Source of the DNA: Paragordius varius
Lineage: Eukaryota; Animalia; Nematomorpha
Length of the DNA stretch: 64,000 nt
Direction of reading: 5' to 3'
Assembly: GCA_964247055.1 (NCBI GenBank)
Contig: OZ176053.1
Coordinates: 2,542,001-2,606,000 of the forward strand
Part shown: positions 43,701-58,100 of the stretch, piece by piece
Numbering within the stretch: position 1 is the stretch's first letter
How the letters are laid out: every line of letters starts with the position of its first letter
Program-made: the position numbers and the translations under genes
Notes under the pieces: generated by a model
Seen by the model: the letters and a program-made list of their open reading frames with translations, nothing else
Databases searched by the model: none
Told to the model about the DNA's origin: nothing

Positions 43701-46044
43701 AATAACCGTTAAAATATGTACTTTTTTTTGACCCTAAAATGCATATATAAATAGTCAAATAAGTTATTTTTACCTCTACTATCTAACTTTTTAATATAGA
43801 AATATTTTTTCATATTAACTTTTTGCGTAATATAAAAAGCAAACTGCAAAATAATATACTAAGGCCCAAAGTGTGCCACCCTTAACGCATAAAATATCAG
43901 CTGATCTAGGTTGATTGTAAAGTAGAGCCAATTCACCAAAGCTACCGCCATCCTCGTATATCTTGACACATTTTTTCATTCCATCGGATTCAATGTAAGC
44001 CTCGTATATTCCGCTAAAGTTAATTTAGCATAATATATATCATATATTTAAATAATGTTTTGTAACATAGGAGAAAATAGTTAAAGCTTTGAAGAAGGGA
44101 TAATAGAATACAATCCAGTAGATTTATGCGAAATCATAATTTAAAATGTTGTTCCAACGTTTTATATTGAAAATTTACCCACCACGGAGAGAAAATAGAT
44201 TCAAAAACATAAAAGAGCTTCTTAAATTTAATAAAATATTAACAACTATTTGCAAAAAGTTTAATATTTCCCAAATTAAAAAACAAGAGGCAACGTAATT
44301 TTATAATAAGATATTACCTTTCGATTATGTAAAAGTTATCACCGTCCTCCCCAATCCGTATTATATATTCACCCGCGTTTGCCTATAAAATAGATTAAAA
44401 CCTAGCTACCTTTCGTTCAGCCATAGCATCAATTACCTCCATTATTTGCTCCTATATTCCATAATATATAAAAGCTATAGATATGATGGAATATTACAAA
44501 TTATAGAATGAACTAAAAGCCGAAGTTTTTTTGGCAAAAATTTAAAATAAAATATATTCCTTTATTTTCAGAAAGCTTAAGGAAATGTTTGCAACAATAA
44601 TGGATAAAACCAAATAGACAAATCTTCCGTTACCTTTATATAAACGTCTGAATAAAATTATGGTAGCAATTTTTTACCATAATATCAACGATGATTATTT
44701 TGTATTTTCAAAATGCCATCATGGGCATTTACTGAAATTTAATACATTACTGACAAAAATTAAATATTAACCACTGGAATACAGAAGAATATTTAAAATT
44801 TTAATATAATATATTTAAACGTATTGCATAAAAAATTTTGTGTTATATAATATATAACTTTTACATTTAATATACAAGGCTAAACCTTTTAGGTTAATAT
44901 TTTTTATGAAAAAGTTATGTCTATAGAGAAACAGGTTTACAACCAGTGGAATAATAAAATTGATCATTATCTCATTTTCTTTTATTAACAGGCGGCTTAT
45001 TTTAAGGGTTTTTTTAATTAGTGACTAGGCTGTATATTTTTATGGATTTAAATCATTAGTGCCCAACATAAATGGCTTCGCAGGCCGCCTTTTCACTTCC
45101 AAAAATTCAGATGGTCGCATCATGTGACGTAATAAAGCTCCATCCCAGGATAACATTATTTAAATTCATTAGTTTTATTGACTATATTAATTTTCGTAAA
45201 TAAAGTATATTAAAATTAGAATTTTGGAAATTATAGAATTGATGAAATTTTATAATTTAGGGGGCTGCTAGAAAAAGTTGCTAGAGTCGAATGCAAGGGC
45301 CGCGTTTTGCGGACTCTGATTTAAACCAAAATATATTTCAAAACAAAAATTTTCATTCAACGCAATATTTAAAAATGATCAAAAATGTTTATTCTTTTTG
45401 TTTTATAAGTATCATATAGTAGTTGTTATGTAACAAATGTTGGAAAATTATATCTAAATATTTTGGGTATTTTTCATTACCTTATCCAAATTTTTGAAAA
45501 TAAAAACATTTTCCAAGCACCTCTTGATTCGATGTATCTGATTCGGGTTTTTATCATGCACAACCTATTAATACGATTAAATTTTTTTCTACCCTTTTCT
45601 CTTGAATGACATTTTCTGGGTCGATAGATTCGGCTGAAACTATATAGGTCATTTTTTAAAACATTTTTACCTGATGTTCTCCTCTTAATAGTTTTGGTGG
45701 GAAAATCTATAGGAAATTAGTTAACTTTAAAATTTTATAAATTTACTATATAACTCGCTCAAATCATCTTCTAGTTTACTTTCAACGTCACTACTTAGAG
45801 TTGAGGTATTCGTATCTGTCGATAATTTTGTTTGAAAAGTTTGCATACTTAACTGCTGCATCACATCTTGTGAAGGCATTTTATGTTTTAGAAATGTTGG
45901 AGGCGCTGTTTTTAAACGTTGGAAATATTGTATGCCGAAATCAGCTATATTATTTGGATTCTCTAAAATGGCTTTTTCACAAAATTCAACAAGTGTGTCA
46001 TAAAGAGTTGGGGACAATATATTGTTGCCATTACTTTTATTCAT
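40768..46044 (-). CDS. PRKAR2: cAMP-dependent protein kinase type II regulatory subunit, ~389 aa
   Basis: Exons 46044-45747, 45706-45671, 45639-45593, 45564-45481, 44451-44410, 44382-44318, 44013-43860, 43691-43590, 43515-43441, 42883-42815, 42781-42736, 42701-42633 and 40850-40768 join in frame. RII-like D/D domain, substrate-type inhibitor site RRTSV, two CNB domains (FGELALLYNQPRSA; FGELALLMHKPRSA), C-terminal AFERLLGPC. Confidence 0.92.
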
Positions 46045-47228
46045 ATCCTTTTTTTGAATTTAATATGTATATGTATAGAATATTCTAAAATAGCCATTGC
46101 ATCGGTCAAAAGCAATAGGGTAAAATTTATAGTTTTTTTTGTGATTGTCCCTAACAAGGGTTGCGCAACACAAAGGACTTGGTGGGCGGTATTTGATATA
46201 TATATATATATATATATATGGGTGCTAACAAAGATTTTACTAGAAAAATCAAAATAAATACTATTATTCACCAATTGCTAATATTAGAAAGACCTTATCG
46301 AAAAAATTGTTTAAGAAATATAATAAGATTTCATTTGGTTAATCATGAAACTGGGTCAACATTTGGTAATATTTTAAATTTTCCGCAGTTTGCATAAACT
46401 ATCTCAGAGGACTCTCTGTGGCATGTTAATAACCCCTGATTTATAAAAGGTTTATATAAAACATGTTGCAAACATTAAATATTCAAAGAGAGTATAAATT
46501 AAAAACATGGATCTAAATAACGTTATTTGTTATTTGATAAGTTAAGAACTGTTTTGAATTTTATCTAGTTTACTAAAAAAAGAACAAAATTTTTAAATTA
46601 GATCATAAACACTTGATTCATTTTTATAATAGGTTTAAGGAGATGATGTATTATTTTATACCACTTTAATTAAAATTAATCCATGCGAAAGGGTTTCTTT
46701 TGGAATTTTTATATTGTTACGAATGTTAATTCGACTAATATTGATTAAACCATTAAATTTAAAATTTAATTATAATAGACACATTATTGTACATAATATC
46801 ATTTATTTTAAATATAAATATATGAATAAAAAACGTTCACAATAATTGAGATGTAAAGGTGTGCAGAGAGATTCAATCAATCAAAAAATATGTATTGCCA
46901 ACGGTATATTCTTAATTAAAATTTAAAGTTTTCTTTTAAAGGGGCATTCGTATTCCGTATATATATATATATAGCTCTCTAATTAAAAACAATGTACGGA
47001 ATATTTGAAGACTAAAAATACATGATTTCGCTATTAATTGCATATAGGTAATCCCATCAAAATTACACAAGAAATATATGTAATATTAATTGCTGTAGAG
47101 CTGAGTTTGATAATTTGTTAGTTATAGAGTATAATTTTAACTTTTCTTTTTCTCAATCAAATTTGTTTTTTTAAAAAAATGATGTAGTATATTATCCAAA
47201 ATTTTAGAATTTGACCAGATAAAACTAA

Positions 47229-50200
47229 CTAACTATTGAGTTTGGCTTGAAGTTTATTTTTTGCACATTGGGGACAAAGTATGTCAGGTCCATCATTTAT
47301 AAAACCTTTGCCTACGAGCGAAGTTTTACACGTGGAACAAACAAAACATTCATTATGCCAATCCCTGTCTTCGAATGATACAAATTTCGTACCACCAGCT
47401 CCTATAAATATTAAAGTAATCATTTAAGAAATGTAGAGCATTAATCTTTATGCATATATAATGAAACAATATTCTTACATCAAAAATGCTCTCAAAGGCG
47501 GAGAGCCATTAAATGGCGAATTCCCTTAAAAATGATGTCAATGATAATATATATTTTATAAAAGTATCATTTATCATTTGGAATAACTTGTCCTGCTTTT
47601 ATAAAAAAACATTCCATTGAAGTAAGTTTAAAATAAAGGCGTTGAACAAGAGGCCTACGTGCAGCATGCGGTCCTCCAAAAAATTGGGCAATTTAGGAAA
47701 AATTCAAATAATTTAGGCTCTCTACTTTATTTTAGTAAATTAATATTTCGTAAACAAATAAATAAATACTTTGCAAATTTCCGCAATGAACTATCAAAAT
47801 TGGAGTAAATTGCATTTAGTTTGTTTTCGGTAAACTAAAATTAAGGCCGAACCAAAATTTGAAAGCTAATTTTTTTTAAACATGACCCGTCGATTTTTTG
47901 AGTCAAAAATACGGCATGCGAATTCAATTATATTAGGGCACCCCTAGTTTTTAGCACTTACTTAAATGTTTTGACTAACTAAAAGCTGTCCTTGAGTTGT
48001 AAAATAAATTTTGCAATATTTAACCAGTTATGGGTTTCCCACAAGAGAAACAACGCTTGGCAAAAAGCTCGGCATAACAATTGGTACAGTATGGTTTATC
48101 ATCTTTACAAGCAAATTTTTGACCAGCCAAGGGTAAAGAACATCGTGTACAAAGAAAGCATTCTTTGTGATAAGGTTGATTTTTGTAAGTTACTCCATTA
48201 ACGGATATGACCTAAATATGAAAAAATATAATATACATTGCCACTTCCCCGCGGTGTTGACTGGGGCATGAAAAGGCCTTGACAGCAAAGACCGGTTTCT
48301 AATGTTCTTTAAAATCCTTAGTTGTACACAAGGGATGTTTACGTAAGAAAAATCGCGTCAAACTACCATGAAGTATATATGTTATGAATATAAATTATTA
48401 TGTGGTACGAAAAATTGTAAATCGGAGTCCTACATTTTGTGATGATACAATTGGGTAGAATTTAAAGCCAAGTAAGGTATCATTTATAAAGTAATGTTAA
48501 AGTTTTTTGTATATAGCTAAAGTTGTGAATATAGGGATGTGAAACTCTTACCTTAATATCACCAGTCTATACAACCCTTATTGTGTAATAAAAAATCATG
48601 GATTGGTTAACTTTCAATGTTACGAACCCTTTGTAGAAAAACCACTACTATTTTTAAGTACTTTTACATTAATCTAAACTAATACAATATAGAAAGAAAA
48701 TTAAAGTGCAAATTTTCTCAAACTAAAATAGAATATAATTAAAAATATAACCAACTTTGTGGCATTTAGTACATCGGGTCGCAAATTTATCCTCGTAACA
48801 TTGGAGACAATAAATTTTATTTTCTTTGGGTATGAAACTTTTTGTCCCGATAGCCATTTTACAATTACAGCAACAAAAACATTTTTCATGCCATTGTTGG
48901 CCTTTATACTCCATTTTCTTGGTACCTAGGATATGTAATATTAATAACTAATCAAAAAAGCAATAATTGTTAAATAGAAATTTATAATTTTTTTCCTTTA
49001 AAAATTGGAATTGTAATTATGAAATCGTATTCCGGTATATATAACGATAATATTATAAATTTTAAATTAATTATTTCATAATATATATAACGATAATATT
49101 ATAAATTTTAAATTAATTATTTCATAATACTCAATTTATCTTAACGAAAATATCAATTGCAACAAAATGGACCATTTCATTTGAGACCTAAGTAAATAAT
49201 TTAATTAATAGATATATGAGAAAGGGATGATGAAAGAGGAAATAAAAAAAAGAAATTACCTTTAGTCATAAAAATAATTATAAATAATTTTTGATTTGTA
49301 AATAAATGAAGATTAAGTTTTATGGGTATTTAAAATATTTCGTTTTTTGTGCGTCAAAAAGTGATAAAACTTTTGTATTGAGTTCAGTAAAAATATATAT
49401 TGCATAATTAAGTTAAAATATTACTATTTAACGGACTCACATAACAGAAAATTCTTTTTGGCTAAAAATAACCGTGATCCCTTCATTCACGGTTATAAAC
49501 CATAAATAACAATAATCATATTTATTAATTTGATAGTTTAAGATTATTGTAGTTTAACGTCATGATTTTGGTTTATCATGAGCATATGAAAGTAGAATTT
49601 AGCTATCTTAACCAACCCTATTGTATACCTGAATATATTTATCCAATTTTTTAATTAAACTCTCAAAATATTAATGAATCATTAATTATTATATTTATTG
49701 TTATAAGTTCTCATTTAATACGATTAAATTTTATCAGTTGTGGCAAAAAATACTATTTAATCAAAAGTTTTAAAAAAAAATCTTAATACTTGGATAACCT
49801 AACAAAAGCTAAGTTCTTTTTGTTACTTAAATAAACCATTTACAATTCAAATTGCCCCTTGAACAATTCAAATTCACTCTAAAAATTAAATTATGTGTTA
49901 TCGGGCTAATATAACTCATCATTAATATAAAATATATTCTTATGGCATAGTTTATTATTTTTTCAGTATTACATTAATTTTAAACAAAATTTCATTTTCT
50001 AATAGAAAAAACATTTATTTTAGGGGTAATTGTTTAAGGGTGAATTTGAATTGTTCAAGGGTAAATTTGAACTGTAAATGGTATATATTTAAAAAAATTA
50101 TAATGGTATTTGGATTTACCAGGTTTAAAGACTTCCCCACACCCATCACAATGTGAAGCAAAATGCGTATCATAGCAGGTAGTACAATAAATTTTTTCGT

Positions 50201-51408
50201 CTCGAGACGCAAAAGTTTTGTCCACAAGCGAAGTTTTACACAGGGCACAAACGAAACATTTCTCATGCCAATGTTTATCCTTGTATGATATGTCCTAAAC
50301 AAACGTATAAATCAATTAATAATTTTATTAAATCGATTTAATATCACATTATGGTTTTTGTTACATATAGCTAGCCATAAGATAATCGTTTTTTCAATAC
50401 ACATAAGGTTAAATAATTTTAAATTAAAAAACAGATAAACCAAAAATATTTAACTTGAAAACTGGATATTTAATTAAAAGGATCGTGCGAAAAAAATTAA
50501 TTTAATAACAAAAATATAATGATTTAAAAGATTTGTAAAACTGTACATATATATGAGAGTAAATATCAAAAGTTAAACTATAAATCATCAAGAGATTAAC
50601 TTTAATACTCGTAAAAGGAAAAAAAAACTAAATTTAATGGAATTTTTTTTCGCTAGAAATCATTTTTAATTTAAACAATTGAAATGCAACCAAATTTTTG
50701 TGTGGGTTATTTAAAATTTAAATTGTTTAAAAAGGGAAGGAATAAAATTGAATTGATTTTATAAGGATTATAACCTTGGAATCTATACCGATAGGTAATT
50801 TACATTCCTTGCAATAATTTGCAAACAAATCCTTGTAACATTTGAGGCAATATTGGTGATTGTCCTTAACTATGTACCGGCGTCCAGTCAGGGATTGATT
50901 ACAATTTTTACATGTAAAGTGCCCGTTGTGCCATTCTTTGTTCATGGCTTTGGTGAATTCATTTGAAAATATGAGCTAAATGACAAAAATAATAATTAAA
51001 ATAGTTTATTTTTGCTAATTATCCTTAAAAATAAGATAATTTAATAAAAATTTGCTTTTATTTTATAGAATTCTTACAAGTATAGTTAAATATCGTAAAA
51101 TTTGAGTAGTATTACATGAAATCTCCAATGTCTAAAATCTAAATAACCCAATTACAGACACTGATAATTACAACAAAATCGCAGAAAACTGATATATCTT
51201 TCTTACAGTAAATATATTGATCATACATTATTAGACATTTTCACATATATGTATGTACATCAAGAGTAGTATCCCCATGCCATTTTAATTGCCCTGAATA
51301 GAAGCTGTTTTACGCGGTTCATTACATATTTTTAATTTATATGATCAGACATATTATGTACAATAATGATAAATTTTTTAAAGACACAATTTATCATTCA
51401 TATATTTA

Positions 51409-51460
<52 letters not shown>

Positions 51461-52988
51461 CGTCGAAATCGCTATTTTCTCATATATATATATATATATG
51501 TTAGAAAAAAATGAACATTCAAAAAAGCAGCCTTTTGCACAGTTAAAAAGAATAAATAAAAATAATTGGATAACAAACAATGTATTAAACAATAATTTGC
51601 ATTTAGTAAAAAATATGTAAATTAGCCAATTTGGTTTCTAACTTAACGAAAAACATATTTATCATATTTTTTTCCCTTATAATATAATAAAAGGAAAAAA
51701 TGACTTTATTTTGTTTTGCTTAATAAAAATCTAATTATGATAACCATTTATGTTAGTACGAAAATCCTTTATCAAGATGTTATGTTAGCGTACAACATTT
51801 AATTTTTGACCGAAGTTTAAGATATTGGCTAAAAAATCAAATTTAAGGTTTTATAGTAATGCGCTTTTAAAGGGTTATAATTACAAAAATGGCAATGATT
51901 AATGGTCTCTTAGGTAAAAAATGAAGTACTGTTCTGCAAACCAGGGAACTACAAATGGATATTAATTTATAAAATCTGTAATACTTGACAAAAATAAGCA
52001 TTAGAGCAAGAAAATAAAAATCAACTTATTTAAGCAATATGTGGGAGAGTTATTAAATGTAAATTTATGCGACTCAAAAATATATCGAATAAAAAAGGGG
52101 AGTGGGGTGTATGTTTTAGAGACCACCGGTTAGAATCAAATTATTTACAGTATTTGCTAAAAAATGCCTTATATATTTTTATATCACACTTATATAGCCG
52201 CATAAAGTTTAATACGATAGACTTTTGATGTATTGTAATTGTTTGTGCCAGGATAACCTTAAATTGTAAAAGTGTAGAAAAAATATTTAAGGCATTCTTT
52301 TGCACGTAATACTGTAAATAAATAATCGTCTGATATTAAAATAATTACATGGGAAAAATTTTTTTTGGTTTAGTTAGGTTAAATATACAATACATACTTA
52401 ATTATTTGTACTAGGGTCAATATGTGAATAAGGAATAATAGGCAACATGCCATAAGAATTAAGCATTTTATGGTAATGACATTTAATTAACATATTTTTA
52501 TATTGCAAAGGTGACTTTTTGAGGGGGTTGTATAATTTCATTGAGAATTTTTTTCATAATAAATTTGGGATAAATTATTAATATTATTATTAAAATATAA
52601 GGTGTATGGTAACATGAACTTTAGTTAAACAAAACAAAATATATGTTCGAGAAGTATAATTAAAGTTAATTAAACCACTTCTGCTTAAGGCGCTGGTATA
52701 GATAAAGATTCATATATGTTCCATTTTTAGCAAAACTTAAACACATTTTTTCGCTGATAATAACGGATCGTTTTAAGAAAAATCTATATTTTTATATGTA
52801 TAGGTGAAAGAAAATGAAAAAAAAAGGTTCTAAAAAATATTTTTTAAATGATAAATGATAGTTTTACAGAATGCAATTATTTTATTGTAAAACTCATATC
52901 ACATTTACTAAAGTAAAAAATGGGTTTCACCAAGAATGATAATAAAACTCTGATGGGGTTTGATATCTGAAAAATATGTCACTATATA

Positions 52989-53049
<61 letters not shown>

Positions 53050-53202
53050 ATAAATGACGCATTACACATATTACTTGGAGACACCATTTTTAGTTCATAA
53101 TTCTTAGGATTGGTGGAAAAATATCACATTTTGACAATTATTATCATTGTATATGATAAAAATAAATATTATAAAAATGTTTTATAGAGATATGTATCTT
53201 CA

Positions 53203-53239
<37 letters not shown>

Positions 53240-55153
53240 TATAATGTAATGAATGATTTTTAATAAAGAAAAAAATAGGCCTACCCCCACACACACACAA
53301 CTAACGCTCAACAAAGCGAAGCCTTTGAAACAGAAGAGTATAGAGTTAGCTAGCTATATTACCATCATTTCCTGAAAACATTTTCAAGTGTTTGTTGGTT
53401 TGTTCGTAGACACAATATAATTAATCAATAATGTATGGTAACAATTTTATTTTTAATTATTTTCGACATTAATACATGAATAATATATTTAGTTATGGAT
53501 AGGCAGTTTATGTTTAATTTTAAGTTTAATTAATATAACCCAAAATCGCTTTATGCCAAATTCAAAAAGTCAAAAAATTATGAAATAATACAAAATATAA
53601 AACCAAAACAAATTAAATTATCTTAGAGGATAGAAAGGTCACCTGCCACGTATTTTACAAATAAATGATTTATATGCGAAAAAAATAAAAAAAATGTTTA
53701 ATAATTTTAATAAAAAAGATTAATTGTCTATTATGAGAAAAAAACTATTTTGGAAAGAAAGAGTCAGCTATTAAGCATTACATCAGGGGTGATCACCACG
53801 CTCAGATCGGTAAACAAAACTGCCCTAAAAAATGATAAAACAATAAAAAAAATTGGATTTCAATGAAAAATGCAAGATTATTTAGAAAAATATCATCCAA
53901 AATTGAGCTTAAAATAAATAAGTAAAACCGCGAAATATGTGTGTTACACACCCCTTGATAATCCACTCTAATTGTATTTTTGAATAAATTGATCTCCTAT
54001 ATTCTTCATTAGTTTATTAATATCAGCGCCAAACATATAGCTCCTTAATATAAGTAGACATTTCTCCAATTTATAATCGTTTAAATTTGGGTGTTTCCTA
54101 TCACAATCTTACAAATAACCAAAAAACTGAATTTTTATTTTTTAAAAAGTATTTGTGGAATAATAATAAATACTATATCTTTTTTGGAAAAAAAACTTTA
54201 TTTTTTAAAAATTTAAAAGAAATCATGATGCGAATAGGGCGGTGTATTATATATTTTCATTCAGGCTTACCTTGAAATTTTGCTAGGTTAAGAAATGTTA
54301 TATTCTTAAGAGGCATCATTATTGAAATATGTAAAAAAAGTATATTGCACATCTTAAAGTGTTTTCTAGCGTTTTAACCATGATCCAAAAAACCATAAAA
54401 TACGTTCAACAAACCTTTGTCAAAAAAATTTTTAAGAAAGTATGATTTTTTATCATTAAATAAAATTCCTATCGATCCCGGCTAGTTTATTCTAAGAAAA
54501 ACTTATTTTGGGGATGCTGATAGAATTTTAGACTTTCAGATTTCACATAAAATAATGATTTTCTTTTTAAATATAGTTTATGATACATTTTGGTTATTTT
54601 TAAAATGAAAGCAATATAATTTTTACCAAAGTAATTTTATTAAGCATATGCTTTCAATTTTTCAATATGTAGAAACTGCTACAAAAGTAGTCATTCTTAA
54701 ATCACTAGTTATGCCCGAAATCAAAAGCACTGTAAGATTCCTGGTGCATTTTCTCTTAGAAATATTTATTTCATCAAAAATATTATTTTGTATGCTGTTT
54801 TTTTTTCATGTAAAATATTGTAATATATATGAGCCATTAAAAATTTTTCAAAAATTGGGTTATCACATCATGCAAACTCTACCTGAATTTTTAAGCGGTA
54901 AATTATTTTGAATTATGCAATGGATAATATATCGAGAAATCTTTTATGTTTAAAATATGTATATTTTTCATTTTAGGTAATTTTTTTAATAATAGCAAAA
55001 GATCTTAGTTGTATCAAATAATATTTTGTTTATTTAAATTAACCTTAATTTAAATTTTTTGGCCAATACGAAACACTTGATTTAATTTTAAACGCGATTA
55101 TTTTAATATTTGATATGGTTAGTCTCTTAAGCTACCAAATAATTTTCAGTTTC

Positions 55154-55186
<33 letters not shown>

Positions 55187-58100
55187 ACGCATGATATTTG
55201 CGCATAGACCCATGTATTTTAAAACATTAGCAATCTCTAGGGATATAGATATGTTTGGAGTTCTTTTACCCTTATCCAAACATACAAAATTTTTACTAAA
55301 AAAAGCTGCTATTTTTAGCCCATGATTTTTACCCATTTAGACTTTTAAATATTAATAATACGTATAATATCAGATGTATTGATGTAATATTTTTAAAGTT
55401 AAATCATAGATATTGTTTTTAAGATTACCACAATAACTTAGATTCATTGATTTTTTACAGTATTGTCCGATGTTAATAAATCAAAATTTAGCTAAATTGT
55501 CAAAAAAATTGCCATTACTTGGGATTTAAGCAATATGATATGAAAAATCGTTACAAGACTTCTTGCCAGGTATATTAATAATAAACCCGTTAGCCCATAA
55601 TTTCGGGCCATTTAATAAACTGTTTTTAGGAAGTTTAGCGTGGGAATGGAATTAAATGTTTTATTGTTTAAGATATAAAAGTAAAACTAATGGGAAATTT
55701 ATAAAATAATTTATATAGAAACGCCATAAAAGAGACATAAAGTTAACGCTATATTTAAATTGATTAAGTTATTGGATAGAAACATTTAAATAAAATATTT
55801 GTGATTTATTGTAATAATTGGTATGATAAGTTTATAATTATCATCAACTTTATTTATATTGTCTTTGTATTTATATTAATTCCATAGAGTATCTGGTAAT
55901 TTATTCTTGTAATAGTTCATTTCAAATCCATTTTTTTCAATATCAATTCCGTAATCTCAATATTCCATAGGACTGCTTTCAATATTAAATTTTATGATTC
56001 AATATGTTTCGTTATTAATAATTTAACTTTTTCACGATAAAACCATAAGCTTAATAACAGGAATCTAATATAAATGGCAGGTTATTGCTTAATATAGGTG
56101 AAATACGAATTTTAATTTTTAACAATTATAAAGAAAATATTATCAAAGAATTTTTATAAATAATTGAATAAAAAGCAATGACATCTATACGATTGATAAA
56201 CGTATCGTTGAAAATAAAATTGTTTAAAAAGGCAATTATATGTGGGGTCCATAAGAATGGCTTTGGTTTTTAAATATCTTCACGATAGTTTTTAACTATA
56301 AGGACAAACTTTCGGTTATCTGTTTTTGTACAAGAATTTTATGAAGTCATATATTTTTGGCGGTTTTTTGATGAAAAAATAATGTTGAAAGAAAATGAAT
56401 TATTTCTTTTATTTAAAATATTTTGCACAAGCTTCTACACACATTTCGCCGGCCTCTCAAATGAAATATAAATGCCAGAAAATTGATTTTCTTGTCCAGG
56501 AAACCATTCATCAAACCATTTTCCAACGTCTCCGAAATTTTTAAAGTGATCATATGTGAGGGTGAGCCTAAATGATTCGAAGTATTAGTCGAATGGCATC
56601 AGGTCAGGAGAGTTTAGCGGATGTGAAAGGATTTCCCATCAAAGCGATTTCAAGGGGTCTTTTGCTTGTTTTACTGCGTGAAACAGAGCATTGTAATGTG
56701 ATAAAATCCTTTGACATGTTTTCTGGCACATTCCGGTCGGATTAAATAAATCTATGTTGACGAAGATAGCATTGTGTTTTAACGGTTTTACTAAGTTCTG
56801 GAGAAGATCGTACAATACCGCTCGCGTCCCACAAAGCACAATGCATGTCTTGTTATTGAAACGATTAGACTCGGTGTGACTACCAAAGGTAAAAGCTACA
56901 ACTTTTACCGCTTTGGATTAATAAAATAAAGCGACTTTTTACCCGTTCCTTAGACATTGAAGCAGATTTTCACGTATCCCTTTGCGATTTTCGATTTGAT
57001 ATACATTCAGATTTTGTAAAACTCATTTATCTAGTTTATTGGTATTTCACATTGTTCGTAGACATCTATGGACTTTGTTGCGATGATTTTGGTTAAGTTT
57101 GAGTTGGTATCATTGGTTAGCTCGTGTGCTTTAGCGTTTTCACAATTGTGTGATCTCTAAAAGCGTTTCTATGAAATCATAACTTTGAATATTTCTAAAT
57201 CAGATTTCACATGTGTTTATGCCAGCAAACGCTAATTCTGCCTTTTTCTTCTGATGGCTCGAATTCGACATATTTTATGGCAAAAATAATAAGCTAATTG
57301 GCGCATCCGACTTGTGGGTGTTTTTCATTTAATGTCGTCAGATTAAAAAATTGGAGTTAATATTAATCATCACTTTTCTCGGAGGTTTTTATTTTAGTTA
57401 AACCGATAACTTATGATACCAGGTATATGACAGGGCTGAATTATGTTTTGCCATAAAAAGCAATATTTCTCATAAATGTTGGCCTTATGGCGGTTGATGC
57501 CTTCAGGGATATTTGCTGAATATGAATGTTTTTTGCTTTCAAGAGGATGATTATATATATAAACCAACGTAAAAAAATATATTATTGCTTTAGGTTCAAC
57601 TAGACAGTTAAAATGAGCTGATATAGAGCGGCTTAGAAAATCAAGATTTAATAAAAAACACAATCGCAATATTAAAAAATTTTCATTTTTTTCATTTTCA
57701 ACACTATGCTAGCCATACATGCTTGATTTCAATTACCATATTTGTTTTAATAAAATGGCGAATTAATTTTTGGACTTACATTTCGAATATCTATACTTTT
57801 AAATATCTAAATATGAAACCCGACCGAAAAATAATGAGAAAAACAAAAAACAATTTTTTTAGACTTAAAACCGTTTTTAAAAATCCAATCAGAGACAAAT
57901 GTTAAGTGGAATTAAAAACCATTCTCAGTTCCTGTTTAATTACCTTCAGATATTTATTATGTGTTATATACATGCAGATAAACCTTAAGTTATACCTACA
58001 TAAATATATATTAAGTTGTCAAGGTTTTATAATAAAATAATTGAAACAAAAACAAAAAAAAATATGAAAAAATACATACATCTGTATGCAATTATAGCAT

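Noticed and set aside
45801-46274. ORFs 45801..46088, 46041..46274 and 46054..46257
   Set aside because: They are antisense to PKA-RII exon 1 or run through a TA microsatellite.
51366-51620. ORFs with YIYIYI runs
   Set aside because: These are translations of a (TA)n microsatellite.
53780-53826. Short AG/GT-bounded GC-rich segment in the large Limpet intron (possible cassette exon)
   Set aside because: It is about 43 nt, has no LIM/PET similarity and has a stop in the frame needed. Coordinates are approximate and there is no support without transcripts.
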